Of a stretch of DNA of 64,000 nucleotides, positions 31,775 to 43,395 are shown piece after piece. Within the stretch, counting starts at the first letter, position 1. Each line of letters begins with the position of its first letter. Under the pieces are notes generated by a model. That model ran no database searches. It saw nothing but the letters and a program-made list of their open reading frames with translations, and had not been told where the DNA came from. Origin of the DNA: Fimicolochytrium jonesii (lineage: Eukaryota); assembly GCF_025526975.1 (NCBI RefSeq), contig NW_026515688.1, positions 124,001-188,000 of the forward strand, in the 5' to 3' direction. The translations under genes and the position numbers were made by a program.

Positions 31775-31910
31775 TTTGGGTCTACAAGATCAAGATGAAT
31801 GCTCAGGGCAGTATCAAATGTTACAAGGCCAGACCCGTCGCCCAAGGCTTCTCACAAGAAGAGGGAGTGGATTACAACGAAACATTTGCTCCAGTAGCCA
31901 AGTTTGACAC
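31775..31910 (+). mobile_element. Short copia family A RT fragment
   Basis: WVYKIK...[30 protein letters not shown], nearly the same as 33590-33718. It ends abruptly at TGTAATGTG. Confidence 0.85.
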
Positions 31911-31962
31911 TGTAATGTGGGTTGTCCTGTCTACTTGGAGAACCACGCGTCGGTCATGTTGC
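31911..31962 (+). mobile_element. Start of an LTR related to the gypsy family D LTR
   Basis: TGTAATGTGGGTTGTCCTGTCTACTTGGAGAACCACGCGTC resembles 56804 TGTAATGTGTGTTGGGTTGTCCGGTTTTATTGGAGAACAACGTGTC. The far end could not be defined. Confidence 0.5.
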
Positions 31963-34727
31963 AGAAAGTACCTGGGAATATACAGAGTGTGTATCTGACC
32001 AAAGCGCGTTTAATGGCATGGTCCCAGTCACAGCCTGTGATTCTAATTGTGACCATTAAGTGCCGTGACTCTGTTAGAAATACGGTACATGCACCCCCAC
32101 ATCGACCAACCCGGCCACATGGCTCCATGAGATGATTAAGCCATAGATAACACTGATAATCGTAATGGGCAATGCCCAGGAAGTGGGGTGCACGTGGAGC
32201 CACGTGACCTATTTGCGTTGCTGGCACGGCCGTAGTATCTAAGGCCTTCAAGTTCGTTCTTTCCCTCCTCACTGGAAAAGCAGCACAGATAGCAATGTGG
32301 GGAGTGGAACTACGGCCATACACACCAGAAAGCACCGGATCCCGTCTGATCTCCGAAGTTAAGGTGGTGATGGCCCAGTCAGTACTGTACTGTGGTGGGG
32401 GACCTCTGTGGTCCCATGCGGACGTCTACCTTTGGGGGATGTACTTACTTCGCATCATGGATTGATGACAAGTCCAGAATCGTCTGGGTCAAGCTCCTAC
32501 GCAAGAAAAGCGATACCTTTGATGCATGGGAGGAATACAAGGCACTATGCAGAAACAGACTGGGAAATCCATCAAAGTCCTCAGATCGGACAAAGGAGGC
32601 AAATACGAATCCATCCAATTCACTCTTGCACTCAGAAAGGCTGGAATCCAACATCAGCGCGCTGCTACCGACACCCCACAGCAGAACGGAGTAGCGGAAC
32701 GTATGAATCGAACTCTAGTCGAAATGGCACGCTGCCTACTCACCCAGGCTGGTCTTGGACACGAGTACTGGGGAGAAGCGCTGCTTGCAGCTGTCCACAT
32801 TAGAAATCGCTGCCCTACAGTTGCCCTAGACAACTCCAAGACACCATACGAAGCCTTCTTCGGTCGCAAACCCATCCTCCTTCGTCTCAGAGTGTTTGGA
32901 TGCATAGCCTATGCTATGGTACTCAAGAAAAACCGAGGAAAACTGGAGAACAAAGCCAAGAAGTGCCTCTTTCTCGGCTATAGCTCTTCCAGCAAAGCCT
33001 GGAGGCTCCAGTCACTCGAACCCAATGATCAGGGCGCCATTATCGAATCAAGAGACGTCCAGTTCAATGAAAACAAGTTCTACAACAGCTTGGACAACGA
33101 AGATACGCATGAAGACACGTCAGATCGCTCCTATGACAGCTTAGCTAGCCTTGAATTCGATCCTGAGCCTGACAACATCGTTTCATACGCACCCAAGCCC
33201 ACAGACACCACCAAATTACACCCGCACGCTGCAGGGGGGGATCCTGAGCTCCCTGACGCATCTCCCAACCCACAACCTGACACTGATCAATGGGCAGAGG
33301 CCCCAGAGGACCTAGACGACCAGGAAGACCAGGAAGATGACGATTTGGTGCATTACGGACGCATCACACGCTCCCAGAGCACTCGAGTACGCCAAAGCAA
33401 CCTTGCCTATGCCCTGGCTACCGAAGTACTGTACACAGAGCCCAAAACTCTCAAGCAAGCTTTAAACTCGAATGACTCAGCCAAGTGGAAGGAAGCCATG
33501 GATGCTGAATACGCATCCCTTGTCAAGAACGGCACCTGGGAGCTCTGTCCAGCACCCAAAGATCGCAACCTTGTCGGCTGCAAGAGGATTTACAAGATCA
33601 ACACGAATGCTGATGGCAGTATCAAACGCTACAAGGCCAGACTAGTTGCCCAAGGCTTCTCACAAGAAGAGGGAGTTGACTACAATGAAGCATTTGCACC
33701 AGTGGCCAAGTTCGACACCATTCGGCTACTCCTGTCGTGGGGGGCAGCTTAGGACCTCGAAATGGACCAAATGGACGTATCCACCGCATTCCTGAACCCG
33801 ACATTCAGTGAGGAGATCTATATTAAGCAGCTACTGGGCTACATCAAGGCAGGAGAAGAGCATCTGGTGCTTAAACTCAAGACGACACTCTATGGTCTTA
33901 AACAAGCCCCCAGGGAAAGGAACATCGAAATCCACGGCACTCTAGTTGAGAAAGGCTTCACACGTCTTGATTCAGACCATTGCATCTATATCAGATTCTT
34001 TGAGGGCTGGCTACTCATCCTGATCCTCTATGTGGACGATCTCATACTTATGAGCAACAAGAGACTCGATCTTGACAACTTGAAGGCCAAGGAACTTCAG
34101 AAAGAGTACGAGATGCGTGACCTTGGTGTCCTACACTACTTCCTGGGCCTCCTAGTCACCCAAGGCCAAGCCAAACGACTCCTGACGCTCAACCAGCTGG
34201 GTACATCAAAAAATGGCTTGAAACATATGGGATGACCGATTGCAAGCCTGTATCAACTCCCAGCGTCGTGGGAAGCCCTCTCACCAAGGAAATGGCACCT
34301 CAAACGCCTGAAGAGACTGCAGAGATGCAGAACAAGCCCTATTGAGCCATCGTAGGCAGTCTGATCTACGCAATGATCGGCAGAAGACCAGACATAGCCC
34401 AAGCAGTTGGAGCTGTGAGCCAGTTCTTAGCCAATCCAGGCAAAGGACATTGGAAAGATGCCAAACGCATTTTGGCGTATCTCAAGATGACCAAACACTA
34501 CCAACTTCGACTGGGAGCCGTCCAAGGAACCCCCAAACTTGTGGGATGGTCGGACTCAGACTGGGGAGGCTGCCCAGACACTTGCAAATCGACCACAGGA
34601 TACCTCCTCACCTTTGGCGGTCCAGTAAGCTGGAAATCACGCAAACAACGCACTACAGCACTCTCCTCAACCAAAGGCGAATACATGGCACTCACAGACG
34701 CCTGTAAAGAAGCCATGTGGCTCAGAT

Positions 34728-37700
34728 TGTCGGGGATATCTCATCTTCACTTGTATTTCATATTATATCTCTTTACTTCTACTTGATCCGAGACCCGGGC
34801 TGGCCACCCAAGCTCTCGGTGATACATTACAAAAGGCGCCAAGCCTCACTGAAGCCACGCAAGCCCCACTGGCGCCTGATCAACGGTATCAGGGATTGTT
34901 TGCGCGGCGCCCGCCGTCTCACCAAGATCGACCTCCGCGGCGCTTATAACCTCTTACGCATGCGCCCGGGCGATGAATGGAAGACCGCCTTCCGCTGCCG
35001 CTACGGCCTATTCGAATACCATGTCATGCCCTTTGGACTCAGCAATGCTCCTAGCGTCTTCCAGTACCTGATGAACGACATCTTCCGCGACATTCTCGAT
35101 GTGTTTGTTGTCGTCTACCTCGACGATATCCTGATATTCTCCAAGAACCCCGAAGACCACCCCAAACATGTCCGCGAAGTCTTGTCCCGCCTCCGACAGC
35201 ATGGGTTGTACGCCAAACCAGAGAAGTGCGAATTCAACCGCGAATCCGTTGAGTTCCTAGGCTTCATCATCTCCAAGAAAGGCATCCAGATGGACCCCAA
35301 GAAGATCGCTGCCATCACGGATTGGGAACCTCCCAAGAATGTCAAAGGCGTCCAGCGGTTCCTCGGCTTTGCCAACTTCTATCGCCGATTCATCCAAGGT
35401 TATTCCAAGATCGCTACCCCGCTCACAGCCCTGACCCAGAAAGACATCCCGTACGCCTGGACACCCGCCGCAAACACCGCCGTCGAGAGCCTGAAGAAAG
35501 CATTCACCACCGCCCCCATCCTTGCTCACCCTGACCCAGAGAAGCCCTTCGTCGTCGAAACTGACGCCTCCGACTTCGCTCTTGGCGCAGTTCTCCTCCA
35601 ACCTGACCAGGACAATCAGCTCCACCCCGTGGCCTTCCACTCTCGCAAATTCACGGCCGAAGAGATCAACTACGAGATCTACGACAAGGAACTTCTGGCG
35701 ATTCAAGACTCCTTTGCCCAGTGGCGCCACCATCTCATTGGCGCCCGTCACAAGATCACCGTTTACTCCGACCACAAAAACCTTCAGTACTTCATGACCA
35801 CCCGCACCCTGAATCGCCGCCAAGCCCGCTGGTCAATATTCTTCTCGGATTTTGACTTTGTCATTACCTATCGCCCCGGTTCCCAGCGGCACCAAGCCGA
35901 TGCCCTCTCCCGACGCTCCGAACATGAGCTAAAAGAGGGGGAAGAAGCGTTCCGCTCCCAGGCAACCACAATTTTGACTCCCGAACGCCTTCGACTCGCG
36001 GCTGCCTACCTCACACCTATGGATACCACGCTGCTTGACAAGATTAAGGCCGCCCAGGCCTCTGATCCCCTCGCTAAGACCATTCGCGAAAAGCTCAAGA
36101 TACCCCTCGCCCAACGAACCGAGGAAACCCAAGATCGTATCAAGCGGTTCTCGGATGAAGATGGGATCCTGCTGCACGATAACCTGGTCTATGTCCCCAC
36201 CAACGAGCTCCGAGCCGAAGTCTGCCACGACATGCACGATACTCCCCTAGCCGGCCACTTTGGGATGTCCAAGACGCTCGAACTCGCCTCCCGCAACTAC
36301 TGGTGGCCCAGCCAGTGGCGCTTCGTCAAGGCCTACGTCAAGTCCTGCGATACCTGTAGCCAAGCGAAATCCAGTCGACACAAACCATACGGCCTACTCC
36401 AGCCCAGCAGTATCCCTACCCGCGCTTGGGGATCTTGGTCCCTGGACTTTATCACCAGTCTGCCTCCTGTGGACGGGTACGACTCCATCCTGAGCGTCAA
36501 CTGTCGCCTCACCAAGATGGCCCACTTCATCGCCTGCAGCGAGTCAGAATCCGCCGAATCCACCGCCGACCTAGTCTTCCACAACATCATCCGTCTCCAC
36601 GGCCTCCCCGACGACGTCATCTCTGACCGAGGACCCCAGTTTAAGTCCCGGTTCTGGCGTCGACTTCTCAAACTCCTTGGGGCAAAAGCCAACCTCTCCT
36701 CGGCCTTCCACCCCCAGAGCGATGGCCAAGTGCTCGTGGCGGCCGTGGAGCCAGTCGCGGTCGAGGTAGTCGTGGCGGTGGTTGTGGCGGACGATTGGCC
36801 CCTTACACCAATCCTTGAATTACGGAATTCGAGCAAGACTTAGATGATATGACCTTTGGGCTCAATGCCCTCGGTACGTCATACTATCCCCCTGGAGTCA
36901 GTCGTCTCACTACAGGTCAAGTTCCCTACCAATGTCAACAGCCCTTTCGTCGACGTCGACATTGGCAAACTACTCACGTTCCTCGTCAATGTCCAACGAC
37001 TCCTTGTCCCCTTTGTAACAAAATGGGACATTGGAGAGTTGAATGCTGGTCAAATCCCAAAAATCGACAGCAAGGCTCGCAAACCCAGAACCGACGTGGT
37101 GGTTTTTGACAGCGCGGTCGTGGCGCTCAAACTCCGCAGCGCAATCGCCAACCTAATCAACAACAAGGTTCAGCCAATCAGGTTGATGCTGGGTCACGCA
37201 TTACGGAAACTCTCAATGACGCCGTCAACTCTGCGAATACTACCAATACTACTACAAATCAATCTTCGAGTTTTTTCCAAGGTCGATAGAGCCCCTCGGT
37301 AGCTCTGCTCGGCCTACAACATACGATCCTACCAATAAACCTGCCTTTGAACCACTGTCTGCTGGACTCTGGGTCTCTCATTGTCGCATCGGAAACAAGT
37401 TTGCTTGTGTTCTCTTCGATAGCGGCGCAACTGGGTTATTCATTGACAAGACATTCGTCAAAAAGCACAAATTTCCCAAGAAACATATCGAACCAAAGCA
37501 GATATGGCTGGCCAACGAAGACTCATATATGATTCTCGACACGGTCGTTTTGGAAAAGTTAGATCTATGGGATCTCGAATCTCAGTTGCTTTTCTTAGTT
37601 GGACAAATTCCCTGGCTAGTCAGCAATCTGGCTTACGACGCTATTATTGGAATGCCTTTCTGGCGTTTCTTTAATTACGCTGAACAATTCTCGATGAGTA

Positions 37701-40700
37701 CCTTACCTATCCTTCGCTGGACCAATCACGGCCCTATACCAAACGCACCGCAGTCTGTCACCATCAAGCGCGAGAGAACTTCAAGAAACTGGGAAGACGT
37801 CGAATATATCCCGAAAAACAACAACCCTTACTTCAATGTACAACGAGACCCGGTCTATGACAAAAGACCCGTTCAACCTGTTTGGATCATTAAACCTGTG
37901 GATACTCGTCCTCTACAAGCCGCACCTCATTATGTATCTCGATTCGCTCAAGCCAATGCCCTTCGCAATCCTCAAGTCATAGAAATGACTTCTAAGCGAT
38001 TCAATAAGGCTTGGCGACGGAACAAGTTTGAAAAAGACAGGGTCTGTCACCTCGCTCTTAACAAAATACCAGACGCTACTCAAGAGCTTAAAGGAAATCC
38101 AGGACATCTCAAAGATATCCTAAATAAATACATCAATACGCTCTTCAAGGAACCGGAAGGTCTACCCCCTGATCGCGGAGAGGATGATTTCAAGATCGAA
38201 CTCACTGAAGGTGCTGAACCCGTTTGGCAACCTCTTCGGCACATGAACAAAGAAGAACTCGCTGAACTCAAGAAACAAATCACCTTGATGCTCGAAAAAG
38301 GATGGATACAACACTCCTCAAGTCCCTGGGCAGCTAGTGTCGTCTTGGCGAAAAAGAAAGATGGCGGATTACGCATCTGTTCGGACTACCGAGGTCTCAA
38401 CGCCGTCCCCAAGAAAGATCGCACTCCTTTACCCAATATTCGTGAGATGAGGGATCGGATTCAAGGTTGTAAATGGTTTACGCTTATCGATATTTGGAAG
38501 CATACCATCGTCTTCTTATACGAAAACAAGATCGAGAAAAAACGGCAATACGAACTCGCTTTGGACATTTCAAGTATTTGGTCATGCCGTTCGGGCTTAC
38601 CAACGCACCTGCTGCATTTCAACGTCTTATGAATAAGATCTTCCATAAAGATTACGACGAATTCCTCGCTACCTACCTGGACGACATTTTCATTTTCTCG
38701 AAGACCTTTGCTGAACATCGGGAACACGTTGATTGTATCCTGAAGAAACTTGAAGAACACGCCCTTTTCATCAAGCCTTCAAAGTGCGTATGGGCTAAAG
38801 AAGAACTTAAATGGTGTGGACATATTGTTGGAAGACATGGTGTTCGCATCGCGCCGTCGAAAATTCAAGCTATCAAGGACTGGGCTACTCCAAAGTCCAC
38901 AAAAGGAGTTCAAAGCTTTCTCGGGTTCACGAACTACTTTCTCGACTTCGTACAAAGTTATTCGGACATCGCTCGGCCCCTATCAAGCATTCAATCTTTG
39001 AAAGTCAAATTTCGATGGGGTCCTGAGCAACAAAGGCATTTCAAAAGTTAAAAGAAGCGTTGATCAATGCGCCTACGCTAGCAACAATCGATGAAACCAA
39101 GCTGATTTGCGTCTATACCAACTCATCAGGCTACACTATCGCTGGCTGGATTGGACAACCTTCTGGCGATGAAACAATTCCTATGAATCTGCCTACTCTC
39201 GTCAGACAATGGAAGAAGTTACCTCGACTCCGGCCTGTGGTCTTCTTTTCTAGAAAGATGAAGGACGCGGAAACTCGATATCCTACGCACGAACAGGAGC
39301 TACTAGCTCTTGTCAAGATGTTGGTCGCCAATTGCCCATATCTCATCGGTCGTTACTTCCAATGCTCTAGCGATCAAAAGGGACTCGAATTCATCCAAAC
39401 GCAAACCCATTTGAGCAGAAGACAAGCCAATTGGGTGGAGAAGCTACAAGAGTATGAGTTCGATATCCAGTATTTACCTGGACGATGGAATCATATCGCC
39501 GACATGCTCTCCCGCAATCCAATCTATGCGCCTCGGTGTGTAGATTGTCAACGACGCCTCGACATGCATACACAGATCAGCAACATGCTTGTCAACGAAC
39601 CTTCCTCCAATGCTACGACAGACGATCCACAAAACTCACCTACCTGCTCAGAAGAAGAATGGAAAAAAACGCTACGCGAAGATCCATATTCGGATTATCT
39701 CGATGAAATTTCTCGAAAGCCTCAACACGAGAAAACTTTGAAAGAAGTCCGTTATATGTTCGAAAATGGATTAGTACGACACAAAGGACATTTATACGTT
39801 CCTGAAGACATTCGCCCGAAGATCTTGAGGAAATTCCATGATGAACTGGCCACCGGAGGACATCTCGGTGTTAAGAAGACTCTTGCGAGAATTCTTATGG
39901 ACTATTACTGGCCTACCGTACGCTCCGACATCATCAAATGAGTTGGAACTTGCAAATCCTGTCGACAATTCAAGCCTGGTCATCGTCGATACGGATTTCT
40001 TCGACCTCTTCCTATCCCTTTTGGAAGATTGCACACGATCGGATTCGACATTTTCGAAGTAGATGAAACAAACTCTTGTCTCGTCTGCATTGATTACCTT
40101 TGCGGACGTGTGATTCTGACACCGATCAAGAAGACAATCACTGGATGCGAACTAGCCCAAGTCTTCCTAGATCATGTTTGGAAACATGTCGGTACGCCAA
40201 AAGTCTTCGTTACGGATCGCAAACCTCACGCACTTTCCGACTTCTTCCTCGCATTCGATCTTCTCCTCGGCGTAAAACACGAATTTGCTACGGCTCGTCA
40301 TCAGCAAACTGATGGCAAAGTTGAGCGAGCCATCCAAACCCTGAAAAGGATTTGGAAGCAATACCTCAACTACGACAAAAGCAATTGGAAGATACTATTG
40401 CCTTTAATCGAATTCGCATGCAACACCGCTCCGAGGGAGGAATATGAAGGTTTATCGCCATTCAAAGTAGATCTTGGACGCTCTCCAATCCTCCCGGGTT
40501 GGAATCCAACACTCGAAGGACAAGAACTCAAACTTCAAGCTGTAGATCGAAACGAAATCGAACTCTTCAAGAAAGGGCAGGAAGACATCTCCCGTATCGT
40601 ACGTAAAAACCTTCAGAGATCGCAAGATCAATTCGCACGTCAACATGACGAAGGTCGAACGCCAATCGCATACAAAATTGGCGACCTCTTCGATTTAAAT

Positions 40701-41717
40701 CGACAAGGAATCAACCTAGAAGTAGACGCTTGAAGAGGACTTCGATACTCAGCTACGTGGATCGGACCATTCAAAATCATCGCACTGGGAGCACATCCTG
40801 ATACCTACGAACTCGATTTATCACCATCAAAGATCAGGGGCATCTGGCCCATCTTTCACGTCGATATTTTACGACCACATTGCGAAGAGCAATATCCCCA
40901 ACATGCAGTTCCACAACCTCCTCCACCAATCGAAGAATGCGGACAACCTGAATGGGTTGTAGAAGACATCATCGACGAGCGACGCGCCATATGAAATCTT
41001 CTAGTCAAATGGCTCGGTTATCCTGACCCTACTTGGGAACCCGAATCCGCACTTCGCTACACGCCTGCCTACAAACGATGGCGAAAAGCTCACCCACAAT
41101 CTTTGTGGATACGGAGACGAACAGCATAGAGCATTTCATATCACATCACACGCGCGACTCCGCAAGAACCACTCATTATCAATCACACCGCTGACAATAG
41201 CGACGTAAACTACATCACATCACGCGCGGCGACGCAAGAACCGACCTTACACATACACATCACACACGACGTCGGCTTAGGGACGCCTTTGCCTCAAACA
41301 CACACATCACACAGTGCGTCAACACTATAAAATGAACAAGTGCGTCAACACTTTAAAAGGAACATGAGCTCTCCCTTCCTTTACATATCCCTCGTAGTTC
41401 ACCTCTTAGTTATTCAGCGCCCTCCTCAGGATCTGAGGGAGGTGTCGGGGAGATCTCATCTTCACTTGCATTTAATATTATATCTCTTTACTTCTACTTG
41501 ATCCGAGACCCGGGCTGGCCACCCAAGCTCTCGGTGATACATTACATAAGGCGCCAAGCCTCACCAAAGCCACGCAAGCCCCACTGGCAGCCCATATACA
41601 AAGCTGTCAGTCGAGCGGCCGCTGCGAAGAGCTTCTTACTTTTTTCTTCACTACAATACACTGCTCTCAGCCCTCTCAGAAGGGCCCAATATCGTCTACA
41701 TTTCCTCTGACATTACA
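34728..41717 (+). mobile_element. Ty3/gypsy chromovirus G1 with 5-bp TSD CAGAT
   Basis: TSD at 34723-34727 and 41718-41722; partial 5' LTR 34728-34873; 3' LTR 41443-41717 (TG...CA) after PPT GAGGGAGG; gag knuckle CPLCNKMGHWRVEC; protease LFDSGA; RT YLDD; RNase H; integrase GHLG...HQQTDGKVER, WIGPF; chromodomain remnant at ~40950-41090. Confidence 0.92.
34874..36729 (+). mobile_element. Fragment of a second gypsy family (G2, Tf2-like): RT-RNase H-partial integrase
   Basis: Uninterrupted frame: TKIDLRGAYNLLR, WKTAFRCRYG, YLDDILIFS, ETDASDFALGAVL, GHFG, SDRGPQF, FHPQSDGQ. It is C-rich, unlike G1 pol. Confidence 0.9.
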
Positions 41718-42025
41718 CAGATCTCTCAGAGAACTGAGCACGCACTAAGACAAGACAGGACTCGTCCAAGGCCCCACTGTCATCTGGGAAGACGACCCAG
41801 GAGCTATGGCACTCGCCACAAACCCAGTTCACCATGCACGAACCAAGCACATCGACATCCGATACCACTTCATTCGTGAACAAGTCCCACACAAGACAGT
41901 TACCATCCAGTACTGCCCAACAAATGATAGCTGATGCGCTCACCAAGCCCCTCCCCATGCCGGGCTTCACACGTCTGAGAGCTGCGATGCACTTAGACGC
42001 TGCAGAGCCTTCAAGTGAGAGGGAG

Positions 42026-42638
42026 TATTGAGATAGCATCAAGATGCAGCACTTAGAAGGCTCTGCCAGACTTAGGAGGACGAGTCTTGGAAGGCTCTGA
42101 AGATGTCTGGACCATTTCCCAGACATCCAGGCGTCAGCACTGCGCTTTCATGATGTTCTTAGAGCTGATGGCGGTCAGTAGTGCCCGTATGGAGCTGTGA
42201 TCGGGTTGTAGTAGCTAGATTGGGTTTTATTGAGCTTGTGGAAGCCTGTAGCACCTTCCGCGGGCTCCGCGGACTTGGCAGACATCCATGGGGGCATCAG
42301 CAGGCTACACAGACTTGGCAAAACCTTACCAACCTTAACTGCGGCACTCAGAGACGCCTTGGGCGTTCTGAGGGGGTCTCAGAGGGTGCTTTGGACGCCC
42401 CGGCACATAGCTAAATCCCCAAGAAAGAAGACCCAGATTCGTATAAAAGGCAGACCTGTTGCCCATCCCCTCTCTTCACTTTATCCTCTTCAATACACTA
42501 CTTTCGATCGCACTACTCTCGTCACATTACTGTCTTCCACATCACAACACTGCCCTTTGGGCAGCTACGTCCCTCAGGCATCGGCGAACCAGTCTTAGTG
42601 ACCTCTCACTAACACCTATATCAGCTAAGGTTTCAATA
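42026..42638 (+). repeat. 3' LTR of copia A with TATTGA...TCAATA termini
   Basis: Follows the polypurine tract GAGAGGGAG (42017-42025). Its 3' ~370 bp match the reverse complement of 47042-47414. Confidence 0.85.
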
Positions 42639-43367
42639 TGTACTCATTGTTTCCCTTTATCTTTCACTTGGATAGACTCGTGAGTTTGCGTGGGGATGTT
42701 GGAGGTATCATCCTCCCGAGTCCCCAGTTAGGGTTCCCTTAGTTTACTTCCTCATGTGACATCACTCCCGCTTACGCCATGCTTCCATGGACATGACTTC
42801 TCCCTTTTCTTACTTCCTCGTGCTTCTCCCATCGTGGGCATAGTCGGTTTCGACGGGCCTGGCGGTGGCACAGCTTCAGAGGGCTTCGGTGTGGAGTTGA
42901 GTTTGAGAAAGTTGGTCTTACCTTGATGGGCGACTGACAGCCGTCTTGTTGTTTTATACTTGCGGCGTTCCCTCTTCTTTGATTTCGATTTCTTTCATTT
43001 CCTTTCAATTTAGTCATAGATATTCATCCCAACGTCCGCCCGCATTTTGCGTAAGGCCGTAGCATTGTACTCATTGTTTCTCTTTATCTCTGACTTAGAT
43101 AGACTCGTGGGTTTGCATGGGGATGTTGGAGGTATCATCCTCCCGAGTCCCCGGCTAGGGTTCCCTTAGCTTATTTCCTCACGAGATCCCACTCCCGCTT
43201 ACGCGATGTTTCTGCGTACGTGACTTCTCCCTTTTCTTACTTCCCCGGACCTTGTGTCCTCCTTTCTGTCTTCAGACAAGACTTTATAACTTCATACAAT
43301 ATAGGGCTTCGTCTTCCCTACATGGTTCTGTTCTCTATTTACATTCCTTTGCCAACTACAGCTAACA
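42639..43367 (+). mobile_element. Rearranged 3' end of copia family C (PPT-partial LTR, antisense-ORF promoter piece, PPT-LTR)
   Basis: Two copies of TGTACTCATTG...TGGGGA-TGTTGGAGGTATCATCCTCCCGAGTCC, with LTR starts at 42697 and 43124. The second LTR ends GCTAACA at 43367. Homologous to the reverse complement of 52391-52860. Confidence 0.8.
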
Positions 43368-43395
43368 CAGACTCAGACTGGGGAGGTTGCCCACA

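Larger units (their letters stand above)
32401..42638 (+). mobile_element. Ty1/copia element A (5'-truncated IN-RT-RNase H plus 3' LTR), split by a gypsy insertion at 34728-41717
   Basis: DLCGPM, LRSDKGGKY, TPQQNGVAERMNRTL, YKARLVAQGFSQ, LYVDDL, SDSDWGG, ALSSTKGEY. RNase H resumes at 41723 (FHARTKHIDIRYHF-like, IADALTKPL). Contains stops and frameshifts. Confidence 0.92.

Noticed and set aside
32386..32390. TGTAC as the left TSD of copia A, matching 42639-42643
   Set aside because: No 5' LTR or gag lies next to it, so the match is probably chance.
34717..36843. 708-aa ORF as a single functional protein
   Set aside because: A chance fusion of copia A, G1 LTR, G2 pol and out-of-frame G1 gag sequence.
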